Assembly (NCBI GenBank): GCA_965262245.1
Contig: OZ253507.1
Location: 1,148,695 to 1,212,694 of the forward strand
Origin: Candidatus Marinacidobacterales bacterium
GTDB lineage: Bacteria; Acidobacteriota; Vicinamibacteria; Marinacidobacterales; SMYC01
Length of the DNA: 64,000 bases
Reading direction: 5' to 3'
This document shows, piece after piece, positions 39,628-51,641 of the stretch. Position numbers and translations under genes: made by a program. The stretch's first letter is position 1. Each line of letters begins with the position of its first letter. The notes beneath the pieces were generated by a model. The model was not told the origin of the DNA, did no database searches, and saw only the letters and a program-made list of their open reading frames with translations.

Positions 39628-41083
39628 GTTTGTTTGCGCGGTTCTTTTCGCGCTCGTTGCCACCCCCGGCCTTCCTGTTGTCGCTCCAGACAAGACCGCC
39701 GACAAGCTCCGATCGATCGAATCCCGCTATAGCAAGAGCGTCGTCCAAGTGCGCTACCGCCAACAAGTCAGCCGCTCGACCGCCGAGCCGCCGGCCGAGG
39801 AAGAGCTCACGACGACCGGCGTGGTCGTGACTGCCGATGGCCTCGTGATGGTGAGTGCGATCATCTACGAGCCGTTCAACCAAGTGCCGCACGGCGTCGG
39901 GATACGTTTTCCCGGCTCGGTCAATCGCGCCCAAGCGAAGATTCCTGAAGCGCATGTCCTATTCATGAACGGCGCGGAATATCCGGCCACTCTCTTGGGC
40001 CGCGACCCGGACGCCGATGTCGCTTTTTTTCGCATCGACAAGGTTGCGGAAGACGCGGCGTTCGTACCCGTTATCTTCGAAGCCGGTACCGAGGTTACCG
40101 TGGGCGAGGAAGTCGTCGTGGTGAGCCTTTTGACGGAGCCTCTCGGCCCCGCTGTCGCGGTGGAGCTTTCGCGTGTTCAGGCCATGACGATGCGGCCGTC
40201 CTCAGGCTTTTTGGTCGCGACCGGCGCTTCCGATCCCGTTGGCTCGCTCGTCGTCTCGCGGGAAGGCGCCGTTCTCGGCTATCTAGACGCGCTCACCGTG
40301 CCGGTGCCGGATACGCGTAGCCGGAATCCCCTGGCCTTTTTCTCGATCATGCGCGACCTTCCCAAAGGGGTGGGGCGCGGCTTCGCGCGGCCCGCGCGGG
40401 ATTTCGTAGATGCGGGCGTCCGTGTTTCCGAAGCGGAGCCGGTCCGACGCGGCTGGCTCGGCGTGGAGATGCAGCCGCTGTCCCAAGAGCTCGCCCAGCA
40501 TATGGGCCTTCCTGTGGATAAAGGCATTCTTCTCGGCTACGTCTACCGCAACTCACCCGCCGAAAGCGCGGGCCTCGAGGTTGGTGACGTGCTCTTCGAG
40601 CTCGAAGGCGAGCCGGTCGACGTGAACCGTGACGAGGACCTCGGAACGTTTGCGGAGAAGTTGCTTCGCGCCGGGGCCGGCGCTTCTCTCGAGATCGGCT
40701 ACCTCCGAGAGGGCGCTCTGGCCACAACAAATGTCCAGCTTGCGCCCGCGCCGCGCTCGGCCCGCGAGGCGGAGACGGTCAAAGTCGAAGAGCTCGATCT
40801 CACGGTGCGGGAGCTCACCTATGACTATCGGGCCACCCGCTTTCTCGAGCCCGAGCGCCGAGGTGTGGTCGTCGTGCAGCCTCCGGTCGCGGTGAGCAGC
40901 AACCGGAACCGGATAGCACCCGGCGATTTGCTCGTCCGCTTCGACGACGTGCCTATCGTAGACCTCGAGAGTTTCCGGGTTGTGCTCGCGAACGTACGCG
41001 AGCGGCAGCCGGACGAGGTCGTGCTCTTTGTCGAGCGCGGGCGGGAGAGTTTTTTCTTTGCCGTCAAGCCTGATTGGGATTAG
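39617..41083 (+). CDS. Trypsin-fold plus 2 PDZ protein lacking catalytic His/Ser
   Basis: Signal peptide; [33 protein letters not shown]; no TNxHV or GNSGG. Confidence 0.8.
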   Translation: MRTEFVCAVLFALVATPGLPVVAPDKTADKLRSIESRYSKSVVQVRYRQQVSRSTAEPPAEEELTTTGVVVTADGLVMVSAIIYEPFNQVPHGVGIRFPGSVNRAQAKIPEAHVLFMNGAEYPATLLGRDPDADVAFFRIDKVAEDAAFVPVIFEAGTEVTVGEEVVVVSLLTEPLGPAVAVELSRVQAMTMRPSSGFLVATGASDPVGSLVVSREGAVLGYLDALTVPVPDTRSRNPLAFFSIMRDLPKGVGRGFARPARDFVDAGVRVSEAEPVRRGWLGVEMQPLSQELAQHMGLPVDKGILLGYVYRNSPAESAGLEVGDVLFELEGEPVDVNRDEDLGTFAEKLLRAGAGASLEIGYLREGALATTNVQLAPAPRSAREAETVKVEELDLTVRELTYDYRATRFLEPERRGVVVVQPPVAVSSNRNRIAPGDLLVRFDDVPIVDLESFRVVLANVRERQPDEVVLFVERGRESFFFAVKPDWD

Positions 41084-41127
41084 GCGCGAAGCGTACCGAA
41101 GCGTACCGAAGAGAAGCTGTCTTCGGG

Positions 41128-41203
41128 CGGCTATCTGCCATCTGCCATCTGCTACCTGGATACAGAACTGCGTTGGTAGCGGGTAGCAGGTTGCAGATAG
41201 CCG
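41128..41203. repeat. Heptamer-repeat palindrome
   Basis: CGGCTATCTGCCATCTGCCATCTGCTACC ... GGTAGCGGGTAGCAGGTTGCAGATAGCCG. Confidence 0.7.
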
Positions 41204-41240
41204 AGGTCAAAAGGAGCCCCAATGGGCTCCTTTTGACCTC
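41203..41240. terminator. Perfect 17-bp hairpin, probable bidirectional terminator
   Basis: GAGGTCAAAAGGAGCCC-caat-GGGCTCCTTTTGACCTC. Confidence 0.7.
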
Positions 41241-41268
41241 TCGGACCGTTCGGGCTAGATTCACCCAC

Positions 41269-44127
41269 GTGGAACCGGATCGCATCGTTGTGCGCGGCGC
41301 GCGCCAACACAATCTGAAGAACATTACCGTCGAGTTTCCCAAGAAGAAGCTCGTCGTTTTTAGCGGCGTGTCGGGCTCGGGGAAGTCGTCCCTTGCGCTC
41401 GACACGCTCTACGCCGAAGGCCAGCGGCGATACGTCGAGTCGCTCTCCAGCTACGCTCGTCAATTTCTCGGGCAGATGGACAAGCCGCTCTACGACACGA
41501 TTCGCGGTCTGTCGCCTACGATTTCCGTCGACCAGAAGTCATCGAGCCACAATCCGCGCTCGACGGTGGGAACGATCACCGAGATCTACGACTACCTTCG
41601 GGTGCTCTTTGCGCGGATCGGAAGACTTTCTTGTCATCAATGCGGCCGCGCGGTGGCGCGACAGACGCCGCAGCAAATCGTAGAAGAAATCGCTCGTCTT
41701 CCCGAGGGCGCCCGTTTTCAGATCTTGGCGCCGCTCGTGAGCGGCCGCAAGGGCGAGCACAAATCGGTGCTCGAGAAAGCGCAGCGGAGCGGCTTTTCCC
41801 GGGTGCGCGTCGACGGGAAGGTCCACTCGCTCGAGGATTCGCTCGAGCTCGAAAAGAACAAGAAGCACAATATCGAGATCGTTGTCGACCGACTCGTCCG
41901 CAAGGCGAACTTGCTTACGAAGTCGCGATCGCGCTTGACGGACTCTGTGGAAACAGCGCTTCGTTCCGGGGAGGGCGTTCTCATCGTGCACCGCGACGGG
42001 ACGGACGACTTGCTTCTTTCCGAGCATCAAGCTTGTCATCACTGCGGGATCTCCTTTCCCGAGCTGTCCCCGCAACTCTTCTCGTTCAACTCGCCGCAAG
42101 GCATGTGCTCCGCATGTAACGGCCTCGGCACGAAAGCGGAGATGGACGAAGAGCTCATGGTGCCCGACCCGTCCTTGAGCATCAACGAGGGTACGGTAAA
42201 ACCATGGGGCTCCATCGAGGAAAAAGGCGGATGGCGCGCCGCGGTGATCCGGTCGCTCGCTCGCCATCACAAGATCGATTTGACCAAAAGCTGGAATGCG
42301 CTCAGCGCCAATTCCCGCCGCGTCATCCTGCACGGCAACAACAAAGAGAAGATCACGGTCCGGCGCGGTCGCCGCTCGTTCAAAACGCGCTTCGAGGGGC
42401 TCGTCCCCATCATGATGCGGCGCATGAAAGAGACCCAATCGGAAGCCGTTCGCAAGCACTACGCGCAGTTCATGTCGAGCAAGCCGTGCTCGAGCTGCAA
42501 GGGTGCGCGCCTCCGCCCAGAAGCGCTTTCGGTTCATATCGCCGACACGTCGATTGCCGCGCTCGCGGCGAGCGCGATCGACGACGCCTTTCTCTTCGCC
42601 ACTACCGTCGAGCTCTCGGGAACAGATGCGCTCATCGGCTCGGAGCTATTGAAGGAGATCGTCAACCGTCTGAGGTTCTTGCGAGATGTCGGGCTCGGCT
42701 ACTTGACCCTCGACCGGCTCGCGCCGACGCTCTCCGGCGGTGAAGCGCAACGGATCCGGCTCGCGAGCCAGATTGGCTCCGAGCTCACCGGGGTCGTCTA
42801 CATTCTCGACGAGCCGTCGATCGGGCTACACGCGAGGGACAACGCGCGTCTTCTCGGCGCGCTTCGTCATTTGAGAGACATGGGCAACTCGGTGGTGGTC
42901 GTCGAGCACGACCGGGACACCATCGAAGCGGCCGACTTTATCGTTGATTTCGGCCCTGGCGCTGGGGTTCATGGCGGGGAGGTCGTTGCTACCGGCACCG
43001 CTAAAGAGCTCGAGCGTCAACCAGCTTCGGTGACAGGCCAGTTTCTCTCCGGCAAGCTCTTCATTCCGGTGCCTACGGAGCGGCGCAAGATCTCGCAGCG
43101 CGTCGTCGAAATTCGGGGCGCGCGCGCCAACAACCTTCAGAGCCTCGACGTCAAGATTCCGCTCGGCGTGCTCGTCGGCGTGACCGGCGTCTCGGGTGCG
43201 GGCAAGAGCACGCTTGTGAACGAGATTCTCTACCCGGCGCTGGCGCGCGCTTTGAACCGCGCCGAGAAGCAACCGGGTGCCCATCGGGTCATGCGCGGCC
43301 TCGAGCACCTCGACAAAGTCATCGATATCGATCAATCGCCCATCGGAAGAACACCGCGCTCGAATCCGGCCACCTACACGAAAGCTTTCGACGAGATCCG
43401 TGGGTTCTTCGCCCATCTTCCCGAAGCACGCGCGCGGGGCTACAAGCCTGGGCGCTTTTCCTTCAACGTGAGGGGCGGCCGCTGCGAGCATTGCGACGGG
43501 GACGGGGTCATAAAAGTCGAGATGCATTTTCTCGCCGACGTCTACGTGCCGTGCGAGGAGTGCTCCGGGCGCCGCTTCAACGACGCGACGCTCGAAGTAA
43601 AATACAAAAGCCTCTCCATTGCTGATGTGCTCGCTCTCACGGTCGCCGAAGCCGCCGAGCTCTTCGAGAGCCATCCTACGATCCGTCGCATTTTGCAGAC
43701 GTTGATCGAGGTCGGTCTCGGCTATATCCGGCTCGGGCAAAGCTCCCCCACGCTTTCCGGCGGCGAGGCGCAACGGGTGAAGCTCTCGCGCGAGCTCGCC
43801 AAGCGCTCCACCGGCCGCACGTTCTACATTCTGGACGAGCCAACGACGGGGCTTCACTTCCAGGACATCGCGCGCCTTTTGAAAGTGCTGGAGAAACTCG
43901 TCGAAGGCGGGAACACCGTGCTCGTCATCGAGCACAACATGGACGTCTTGAAGACGGTCGACTACATCATTGATTTGGGACCCGAAGGCGGCAAACATGG
44001 CGGCTATGTCGTCGCGACGGGAACACCGGAGGAAGTCGCGGCGGAGCCGAGCTCCCACACCGGACGCGCGCTACGGGAAACGCTCGACGCTTCCTCGTTC
44101 GAGGTTCCGGTGAAGAAGACGAGCTGA
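41269..44127 (+). CDS. uvrA: Excinuclease ABC subunit A
   Basis: GARQHNLKN, two Walker A motifs, LSGGEAQR x2, zinc fingers. Confidence 0.97.
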   Translation: MEPDRIVVRGARQHNLKNITVEFPKKKLVVFSGVSGSGKSSLALDTLYAEGQRRYVESLSSYARQFLGQMDKPLYDTIRGLSPTISVDQKSSSHNPRSTVGTITEIYDYLRVLFARIGRLSCHQCGRAVARQTPQQIVEEIARLPEGARFQILAPLVSGRKGEHKSVLEKAQRSGFSRVRVDGKVHSLEDSLELEKNKKHNIEIVVDRLVRKANLLTKSRSRLTDSVETALRSGEGVLIVHRDGTDDLLLSEHQACHHCGISFPELSPQLFSFNSPQGMCSACNGLGTKAEMDEELMVPDPSLSINEGTVKPWGSIEEKGGWRAAVIRSLARHHKIDLTKSWNALSANSRRVILHGNNKEKITVRRGRRSFKTRFEGLVPIMMRRMKETQSEAVRKHYAQFMSSKPCSSCKGARLRPEALSVHIADTSIAALAASAIDDAFLFATTVELSGTDALIGSELLKEIVNRLRFLRDVGLGYLTLDRLAPTLSGGEAQRIRLASQIGSELTGVVYILDEPSIGLHARDNARLLGALRHLRDMGNSVVVVEHDRDTIEAADFIVDFGPGAGVHGGEVVATGTAKELERQPASVTGQFLSGKLFIPVPTERRKISQRVVEIRGARANNLQSLDVKIPLGVLVGVTGVSGAGKSTLVNEILYPALARALNRAEKQPGAHRVMRGLEHLDKVIDIDQSPIGRTPRSNPATYTKAFDEIRGFFAHLPEARARGYKPGRFSFNVRGGRCEHCDGDGVIKVEMHFLADVYVPCEECSGRRFNDATLEVKYKSLSIADVLALTVAEAAELFESHPTIRRILQTLIEVGLGYIRLGQSSPTLSGGEAQRVKLSRELAKRSTGRTFYILDEPTTGLHFQDIARLLKVLEKLVEGGNTVLVIEHNMDVLKTVDYIIDLGPEGGKHGGYVVATGTPEEVAAEPSSHTGRALRETLDASSFEVPVKKTS

Positions 44128-44140
44128 GGCCCTCGAGAAC

Positions 44141-46094
44141 GTGCTCTGGGCGGCCGCCCTTCTCCTCGTCGCCGGCGAGCTTTGGACCGCCTCGGAGCTC
44201 CGCGGACTGCGCGAGACCGAGGACGTTCGCGACGCAGCCGCCATCGAGCAAGCGTTCGAGCGGCGCCTCGCTGAGCTAGAACGCTTTGCCTTGGATCTCG
44301 CCCCATCGGATTTGGAGGCGGAGCTCGTGGAAGCGCTCCTTGCTCTCGAGCGGCTTCATCCCGAAGCGGCGATGCAGTGGTCGCGCCGCGTGGTCGAGAA
44401 CGTCCCGAGCACCGAGCTCACATGGGCCGCGCGCTCGGTGCTCGCGCGCGGCGGCGATCGGAGAACTCTGCGCCTTGCCCTCCGGCGCTATTTCGACGAC
44501 CCCGACGCGTGGCGTGTGGTGCTCGGTGACGGCGCGCTCGCGACAGAGGATGTCCGCCTCCGCGACTACGAGCCCTATGGCCGGCCGGTGGCCCTTCCGG
44601 GCGAGCGGCTCTTCCGCTCACAGCTCGAGCAGTCGCTCGGGATCAAGAAACCCGACAATGCGATGGTCGGTCCGTCTTTTCTCGACGTTGTCCGCGGCAT
44701 CGACGCATTCCCGAACGACGATGCCCTTTCCGTTCAATCGCTCGTCGTCGGCCTTCCGCCCGCCTACCGCTTACGCGCGCTTCGATATCTCGCGACGTCC
44801 GATCACCGCGCGCTCGTGGGCCTCCCGATGGCTGCTGCCGAGATCGACCGGCTCTACCCCTACTTTGCGCAATCCCGCCATCGCCCGCTGCGCGATCGTG
44901 TGCGACGGAGCATTGCCGCCCGCGCCGCTGCTTTGGCGTCGCTCTTGCTGTCACCGGCGGCGGGCGACGACGAGAAGCGCGCCCATCTCGCCGCGATGGA
45001 GGATGTATGGCTCGACGCCATCGCGCGTGGGGGGCCTGAAGTGTATCGGGTTCTGGTCACTCTCGTTGGGGAGGCTGCGGTCGAGCGACATATCGCCGCC
45101 GAGCCGCCCACGAGGGCGCTTGCGGTGGTGCCACTCGCCGCGGCCCGACTTCGGCTCGAGCAATGGGGGAGCGCCGACGCGATCCGGGGACTGGGCGAGC
45201 GAGAGGACCTTCTTCTTTCGCTGCCAACGCTCACAGCGCTCCGGCGCGACTCTGCGGGCGATGTAGAGCTCGCGGTCGAGAGCTTGCTCTTGAGCATCGG
45301 CGCCGCAGGCTCGACGGCGTTTCTCGCGAGCGAGATAGGGGGCGAGCGTCTCGAAGCACTTCTGCCGGCCATCATGAGTGCGCCGGCGCCCGTCGACCTC
45401 GCGCGCGTGCTCATGCGTGTGGGGGCCCAAGAGACGCCGTCACCCGATGCCTTCTCTGCTATGAGCCACTTCCACGCTCGAGACCCGCGCGCTTTTCTCG
45501 ACTGGCCGGGGCGTCCCGCAGGGGCCCTCGTCGAGCGGGCGCACTTGGTGATGGCGTTTTCGGGGGACGTGCGCAGCCTGCCTTTATTGGTGGACCTCGT
45601 TGTCCTGCCGCCCTCTGAGGTGAGCCAAGAGGCCGCGTTTCGCGCGCTCGCCGAGCTCGACCTTGGCACTTTCGAGCGCCGGCTGCACCGGCTGGCCGGA
45701 CATCCCGCACCGCCTCGTGCGTTTCCGAACGGCGGCGGCGCTCACGCCGACAGGACAGCCTTGGGCCCTGCGTCTGCTCATCGCGGAGCTCGACGAAGAG
45801 GTTCCCGCTGAGCGGCGACGTGCCGAGCACGCGCTCAAAAGGCTCGAGGCAAAAGAGGCGTTGCGCCTTCTTGCCGCATCCGTTTTGGACGGGACGGCGA
45901 GCCCGTTCGCGGTGAAGCTCTATTTGGAGCTATCCGGAAACGTGACGTCGGTGGCGCGCGAGCAGATCTGGCAAATCTTGGCGCCGCACGTCGCGCGATT
46001 CGATCGCCGCGCGCTTCTCGCCGCCGCTCGGCTCGCCCATCCCGAAGCGAGCAGCGCCGTGCGTAGGTTCCTCGGTGGGGCGGAGCCACGGTAA
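44141..46094 (+). CDS. Hypothetical alpha-helical/HEAT-like exported protein (frameshift ~45705)
   Basis: Ala/Leu/Arg-rich helical ORF continuing in ORF 45663-46094 (RLVRFRTAAAL). Confidence 0.55.
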
Positions 46095-46121
46095 AAAAGC
46101 CGTGTGCTAAGCTCTTTTTAT

Positions 46122-46892
46122 ATGTCCTACTACCGGCGCGATTTGAGCTCGATGTTCGGAGGTCCTTTGACCCCTGCGGTCAAGACCCTCATCATCGCCA
46201 ACGTCGTCGTTTACGTGCTCCAAATGGTATGGGAACCCTTCACCGCCTGGTTCACCTTGGTCCCGTCGGAGGTGCTGCCTTGGAATTTCGAAATTTGGCG
46301 CGTCGCTAGTTATATGTTCCTGCATGACCCGGAGGGACTCGGCCATCTCTTCTTCAACATGTTCGGCCTGTTCGTGTTTGGATGTGCCATCGAGAGAACG
46401 TGGGGCAGTCGATCGTTTTATCGTTACTACTTCCTATGTGGGCTCGGTGGGGCGGCGTTCGCTTTCTTGTCTTATCTGTTTTGGGGCTCGAACACCCCCA
46501 TCCTCGGTGCCTCGGGCGCGATCTACGGGATCTTGATCGCCTTCGGCTATCTTTTTCCGCGCCAGCAAGTGTTGTTGTTCTTTGCCATTCCGATGGAAGC
46601 GCGTTTCTTCGTCGCGATGTTCGGGATCCTCGCCTTCGCGAGCTCCATTAACGGGCAGCAAGGTGTCGCGCATATCGTGCACCTCGGGGGTTTCGCCACC
46701 GGCTATTTGTTGCTTCGATGGGTGGGCGTCGCCGGCAGGGGGCGTCGCCGTTCGTTGGGCGGTTTGCGCGCCGAGCTCGGCGGCTCGTGGCGAGACGCCT
46801 ATCGGCGCTGGCGGATGAAACGGCTTCGCAAGAAGTTCGAGGAATATTACGACAAACGCTCCGGTGGCGGCGACGGCCCGATGGTGCATTAA
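46122..46892 (+). CDS. Rhomboid intramembrane serine protease
   Basis: WR..SYMFLH, HLFFNM, GASG, HLGG. Confidence 0.92.
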   Translation: MSYYRRDLSSMFGGPLTPAVKTLIIANVVVYVLQMVWEPFTAWFTLVPSEVLPWNFEIWRVASYMFLHDPEGLGHLFFNMFGLFVFGCAIERTWGSRSFYRYYFLCGLGGAAFAFLSYLFWGSNTPILGASGAIYGILIAFGYLFPRQQVLLFFAIPMEARFFVAMFGILAFASSINGQQGVAHIVHLGGFATGYLLLRWVGVAGRGRRRSLGGLRAELGGSWRDAYRRWRMKRLRKKFEEYYDKRSGGGDGPMVH

Positions 46893-47030
46893 TCCTGCCA
46901 GATCCCCGGCCACGTACTATTGACAACGTCCCGTACTCGGTGATTAGATACAGCTCGTTAGGCGACAAGAGGGGCCTCGTGTCGTCGGCCCCTCCTCTTC
47001 CGGGACTGTCTGTCCTAAAAGGAGGTCTTC

Positions 47031-47423
47031 ATGAGAGCCTCAGCTTTAGCCCTGAGCATTTTCCTACTTGGGCTTTTCCTACTCGGCGCGACCGCCTTCG
47101 CCCAGGTGGAAACGATGCGGCCAACCGCCGTGACCGCGGAACAAGTCGGTGAAGAGATTGCTGTGGAAGGTAGGATCTACACCAACGGCAAGTCGGAATC
47201 GGGGATCCATCTCTATTTCGGCGCCGATACGACCACGGCCTTTCAAGCCATCGTGCTCGCAAGCGAGCTGCACAAGTTCAAAGTGGACGTGGAGAAGAAA
47301 TATACACGCCGCAACGTGCGCGTCACGGGCGAAGTGATGGAACAGGAAGGCAAGTACTACATCCTCATCCGCGAGCCCAAGCAGATCAAAGTCGTTCCGC
47401 GCAAGCGCAAGACGAGCAGCTGA
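47031..47423 (+). CDS. Exported OB-fold-like small protein
   Basis: SD AAGGAGG, signal peptide AFA, beta-rich VEGRI/VRVTGEV pattern. Confidence 0.7.
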   Translation: MRASALALSIFLLGLFLLGATAFAQVETMRPTAVTAEQVGEEIAVEGRIYTNGKSESGIHLYFGADTTTAFQAIVLASELHKFKVDVEKKYTRRNVRVTGEVMEQEGKYYILIREPKQIKVVPRKRKTSS

Positions 47424-47559
47424 ACGTATCGAGACGCGGGACGTCGCCTTCGTCGCGTTGCCGCTGCGCGCGTCTCGAGACGTATCGGCTCGATGGCTCA
47501 CGAAGGGGCCCTCTGTTTGATCAGTAGTGGGTAGGAGCGCGGTACGGTCCGCGGATAGC

Positions 47560-48084
47560 ATGGTTAATCGCTTCGAGCAGACCGTCTCGTTCTCGCCGAT
47601 CGTGCAGGTCCTGTACCTCGTCGCGGTCGGCGTTTTCGTCTGGGGCCAATTCCAGATCGTACCGAATTTACCCTGGATCCCGCTACTGATCGGCGCGGCG
47701 CTCGGGATTCTCCCCGCGATGTTCGGCCGTCTCGTCTTCCAGATCGATGGGGAAGCGGTCACTGTCCGTTTCGGCTATCTCGGCTGGCCCGCGCAGCGCG
47801 TGCTTCTGTCCCGCATCGAAAGGGCGCGGATCGTGTCGTACCGTCCGATCCGTCAATTCGGCGGATGGGGGATCCGCGTGGCCGGTTTCGAAGGAGAGAA
47901 GACGAGCGTCTACTCGGTCCGAGGGGCGCGTGGCGTACTCCTGGAGCTCACCGAAGTTCAGCGCATCAGCGGCGCCCGTACGCGGCGGTTTCTTCTTGGA
48001 AGCGACGACCCGGAAGGACTTGTCGCGGCTATCGGTAGAGGAACTGAAGCGTCTCGGCCCGACGAATTGACGTCTTCGAATTGA
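47560..48084 (+). CDS. 2-TM membrane protein with bacterial PH-like domain
   Basis: FGGWGIR and LLGSDDPEGL motifs. Confidence 0.7.
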   Translation: MVNRFEQTVSFSPIVQVLYLVAVGVFVWGQFQIVPNLPWIPLLIGAALGILPAMFGRLVFQIDGEAVTVRFGYLGWPAQRVLLSRIERARIVSYRPIRQFGGWGIRVAGFEGEKTSVYSVRGARGVLLELTEVQRISGARTRRFLLGSDDPEGLVAAIGRGTEASRPDELTSSN

Positions 48085-48118
48085 CACCCGTCCCGCTTCG
48101 CGAAAACATGTCGGGCAT

Positions 48119-49542
48119 ATGCCGAGCTATCGTTGCATTTTGTTCTTGCTCCTCTCGTCGCCCATCGTCTCCGCCGAGAACTGGCCGCAATTCCGCGGGC
48201 CCGGAGGCTCCGGAGTCTCCGAAACGGCAACACCTCCCACCAAGTGGTCCGAGACCGACAACATCGCATGGATCGCGACGATACCGGGGCGCGCATGGTC
48301 GTCGCCCATCGTGTGGGGCTCGACGCTCTTCGTAACGTCGGCCGTCAGCGTCGACGGCGCTTTCAAAGAGCCGTCCACCGGGATCTACGGAAACGATTAC
48401 GCCGCGGAGCTCGCCGAGCGAGGCTTGAGCGACGAGGAAGTGATGGAGCGCATCATCACCCGCGACATCGAGCTCGCAAGCGAAACGGAAGCCATACGCT
48501 ACATGCTCTTGCCCTCGATGCCGAAAGCGGCGAAGTCCTGTGGGAGCGAGAAGCGCATCGCGGCAAGCCGTTCGGCGGCCGACATCGCAAGAACACCTAC
48601 GCGTCAGAGACACCGGCAACAGATGGCGAACGCGTCTACGCCTATTTCGGGAACGTTGGCCTCTACTGCTATTCGATGAAGGGCGAGCTCATCTGGAAGA
48701 AACAGTGGGAGCCCCAGAAGATCTATTTGGATTTCGGGACGGCGTCCTCGCCGATCGTCGCCGACGAGCGGGTTTATATCCAGCACGACACTCAAGAGGA
48801 GTCGTTCCTCGCCGCCGTCGACAAGAAGACGGGCGAAGAGATCTTTCGCGTCGCGCGGGGCGGCGGAAAGTCTATGATCTCTTCGGGTTGGTCGACGCCC
48901 TTTGTTTGGAGAACGAAAGAGCGCGAGGAGGTCGTCTCCGTCGGCCACGGGGTCGCCATCGGCTACGACAACCACGGCAAGGAGCTGTGGCGCCTCTCGG
49001 GTTTGTCGGGACAAGCGACGCCGACGCCGCTCGCGGGCGCGAACCTATTGTTTCTCAGCACCGGCTCTCAAGGCGAATCGAATCGACCCGTCTACGCCGT
49101 CCGGCCTGGTGCTTCGGGCGATATCTCTCTATCGGAAGGCGAGACGCATAACGCCTTTGTCGCTTGGAAGCATCCACGCGCCTCGGCCTATACGTCGTCC
49201 CCCCTTCTTTATCGAGGTCGACTCTACATCGTGAACGATAACGGGATCCTGTCGGTGCTCGACGCAAAAAGCGGGGAGCGCCTCTATCGCGCGCGCGTGG
49301 GCGGCGGCGGGCACACGTTCTCCGCGTCGCCGTGGGCCTATGGCGGGAACGTGTTCTTCCTCTCCGAAGATGGCGACACTTTCGTCGCGCGCGCTGGCAT
49401 CGACGTTACCGAGCACGAGGAAATCGCGAAGAACAGCCTCGGTGAAATGAGCTTCGCGAGCCCCGCCATTGGTGAGGACAGCCTTTATCTCCGCACCCAG
49501 ACGAAGCTCTATCGTATTTCCGAAGCTACAAACGCTCCCTGA
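48119..49542 (+). CDS. PQQ-like beta-propeller (BamB-like) protein (frameshift ~48508)
   Basis: [33 protein letters not shown]. Confidence 0.85.
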
Positions 49543-50557
49543 TCGCCGCCATCGTCCGGAGCGCCTCCACGTCGTGCAGCATGCAGATGAGCGTCGTCAC
49601 GCCTGCTTCTTTCCACGCCTGCACCCGCTCGGCGACGCGCGCTTCCGGACCACAAAGCGCGACTTGATCCACGAGCGCATCCGGAACGGCCGCGATCGCT
49701 TCCCGCTTGCGTCCTTCCAAGTAGAGGTCTTGGATGGTCTCGGCTTCGGCTTCGTACCCGTAGCGGCAGGCAAGGTTGTTGTAGAAGTTCTTGCCTTTCG
49801 CCCCCATGCCACCGATATAGAGCGCAAGCGTCGGTTTGACGGTATTGCGGCAGCGCTCCAGATCGTCACCGAACGCGACGTGGACGCTCGGCGCGACATC
49901 GAAATCGAGAGCTTGGCGCTCCGGCGTGCGCTTTTTGAAGCCGCGCTCGAGCGCTTCTTGGAAGCTCTCGCGATGATAGGGCGAGTAGAAGACGGGAAGC
50001 CAACCGTCGGCTATCTCGGCGGCGAGCGCCACGTTCTTCGGTCCGATGGCGGCGAGATAGATCGGGATATCCGGGCGCGCCGGCGCCATCATCAGCTTCA
50101 GTGGCTTGCCGAGGCCGGTACCGCCTTCGTGCGGTATGCGATAGGTCTCGCCGTCCCACGTCAAAGCGTCGTTGCGCTCGAGCACGCGGCGGATAATGGC
50201 GACGGCTTCACGCGTGCGCGCGAGCGGCTTCCCGTAAGGGACCCCGTGCCAGCCTTCAACGACTTGAGGGCCAGAGACCCCTAGCCCGAGCAGTACGCGT
50301 TCGTGGCTCAAGCGGTCGAGCGTGGCGGCGGTCATCGCCGTCAACGCGGGCGTGCGCGACGGGATTTGAAGGATGGCGGTGCCGAGGCTGATGCGCTCGG
50401 TCGAAGCACCGACCCAAGCGATGAGGCTGACCGCGTCCGAGCCCCACGCTTCGGCCGCCCATACCGAGTCGTAGCCGATCCGTTCGGCTTCGACCGCCAA
50501 AGGGACCGGGTCGGGATTGGAGGAAGTCAGAAAGCCGATATTGAGCCCGAGCTTCAT
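49526..50557 (-). CDS. LLM-class (probably F420-dependent) oxidoreductase
   Basis: [36 protein letters not shown]. Confidence 0.9.
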   Translation of the reverse strand: MKLGLNIGFLTSSNPDPVPLAVEAERIGYDSVWAAEAWGSDAVSLIAWVGASTERISLGTAILQIPSRTPALTAMTAATLDRLSHERVLLGLGVSGPQVVEGWHGVPYGKPLARTREAVAIIRRVLERNDALTWDGETYRIPHEGGTGLGKPLKLMMAPARPDIPIYLAAIGPKNVALAAEIADGWLPVFYSPYHRESFQEALERGFKKRTPERQALDFDVAPSVHVAFGDDLERCRNTVKPTLALYIGGMGAKGKNFYNNLACRYGYEAEAETIQDLYLEGRKREAIAAVPDALVDQVALCGPEARVAERVQAWKEAGVTTLICMLHDVEALRTMAAIRERL

Positions 50558-50561
50558 AGAT

Positions 50562-51320
50562 TCACTTCTTCTTCGCGGCCGCGATGCGTTCTTTCAGTGG
50601 CCGCCCTTGCGGCCGCGCGACCGGTTTCGCTTTCGGCGGCTCGACGCCGATCTTGGGACAATCGGCTTCGACCATACAGTCATCGCATTTCGGCGAGCGA
50701 GCCGCGCAAATGGCGCGGCCGTGATGGATCAGGATATGGGCCAAATCGATCCAATCCTTCTTCGGGAGGAGCGCCATCAACTGCTTTTCGACTTGCTCCG
50801 GGGTCTTCGCTTTCGCGAGCCCCATGCGATGGGAGAGCCGGAAGACGTGCGTGTCCACGACGAAGCCGGAAGCGACGGCGAAAGCCGTCCCGAGCACAAC
50901 GTTTGCCGTCTTGCGCGCAACGCCCGGGAGGGTCAAGAGCTCCTCCATCGTTTTCGGGACTTCGCCGTCGAACGTTTCGGTGATCTTCGACGTGGCGCCG
51001 TGGATCGACTTGGATTTGTTCCGGTAGAAACCCGTCGAGCGCACGAGCTCTTCGAGATCGCTCCGTTCGGAGTCGGCGAAGTCTTTCGCGTCCGGGTAAC
51101 GCGCGAACAGAGCCGGCGTCACTTTGTTGACCCGCGCGTCGGTGCATTGGGCCGACAAGATCGTGGCGATGAGCAGCTGGAGCGCGTTCTCGTGGTCGAG
51201 GGCGCACTTCGCGTCGGGATAGGCTTTTCGGAGCTTGCGCGCGAGGGTCCGGGCGCGGCGCGACAGCTCCTCGGGGCTCTCACCCGTGGGCGTGCCCGCA
51301 GCGCTTGCTTCTTTAGCCAG
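50562..51320 (-). CDS. nth: Endonuclease III
   Basis: [24 protein letters not shown]-x6-C-x2-C-x5-C; the frame extends upstream ([15 protein letters not shown]) to a CTG at 51320. Confidence 0.92.
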   Translation of the reverse strand: MAKEASAAGTPTGESPEELSRRARTLARKLRKAYPDAKCALDHENALQLLIATILSAQCTDARVNKVTPALFARYPDAKDFADSERSDLEELVRSTGFYRNKSKSIHGATSKITETFDGEVPKTMEELLTLPGVARKTANVVLGTAFAVASGFVVDTHVFRLSHRMGLAKAKTPEQVEKQLMALLPKKDWIDLAHILIHHGRAICAARSPKCDDCMVEADCPKIGVEPPKAKPVARPQGRPLKERIAAAKKK

Positions 51321-51322
51321 CT

Positions 51323-51631
51323 CTATACCTCGACGAGAATGTCATCGCCCCGGAGTTCGACTTTGAAGCAGTCGATCTTGAACCCGGGATCGAAGACCGC
51401 CTCTCCGGTGACGAGGTCGAACTGCCAAGCATGCCATGGACACGTCACCGTCTTGCCGTCCACGAGGCCGTCCCCGAGCGGTCCGCCCTGGTGTGGGCAT
51501 TGGCTCGACGAGGCGAAGAACTCGCCGTCGACGTTGTAGAGAACGATCGTCTTGCCGTCGGCTTCGAAGGCCTTACAGGTGCCCGTTTCGATTTCGCTCT
51601 TGGTGGCGACTTTCAGCATCCCCGACGTCAT
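51323..51631 (-). CDS. Rieske (2Fe-2S) ferredoxin
   Basis: CPH..CPWH. Confidence 0.9.
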   Translation of the reverse strand: MTSGMLKVATKSEIETGTCKAFEADGKTIVLYNVDGEFFASSSQCPHQGGPLGDGLVDGKTVTCPWHAWQFDLVTGEAVFDPGFKIDCFKVELRGDDILVEV

Positions 51632-51641
51632 ATAGCCGCCT

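Noticed and set aside
21292..41240. CRISPR array from the short repeats
   Set aside because: Repeats are 7-12 nt tandem units without unique spacers; no cas genes.
41074..41268. N-terminal extension of UvrA (1017-aa ORF)
   Set aside because: It translates the repeat and hairpin region; homology begins at GTG 41269.
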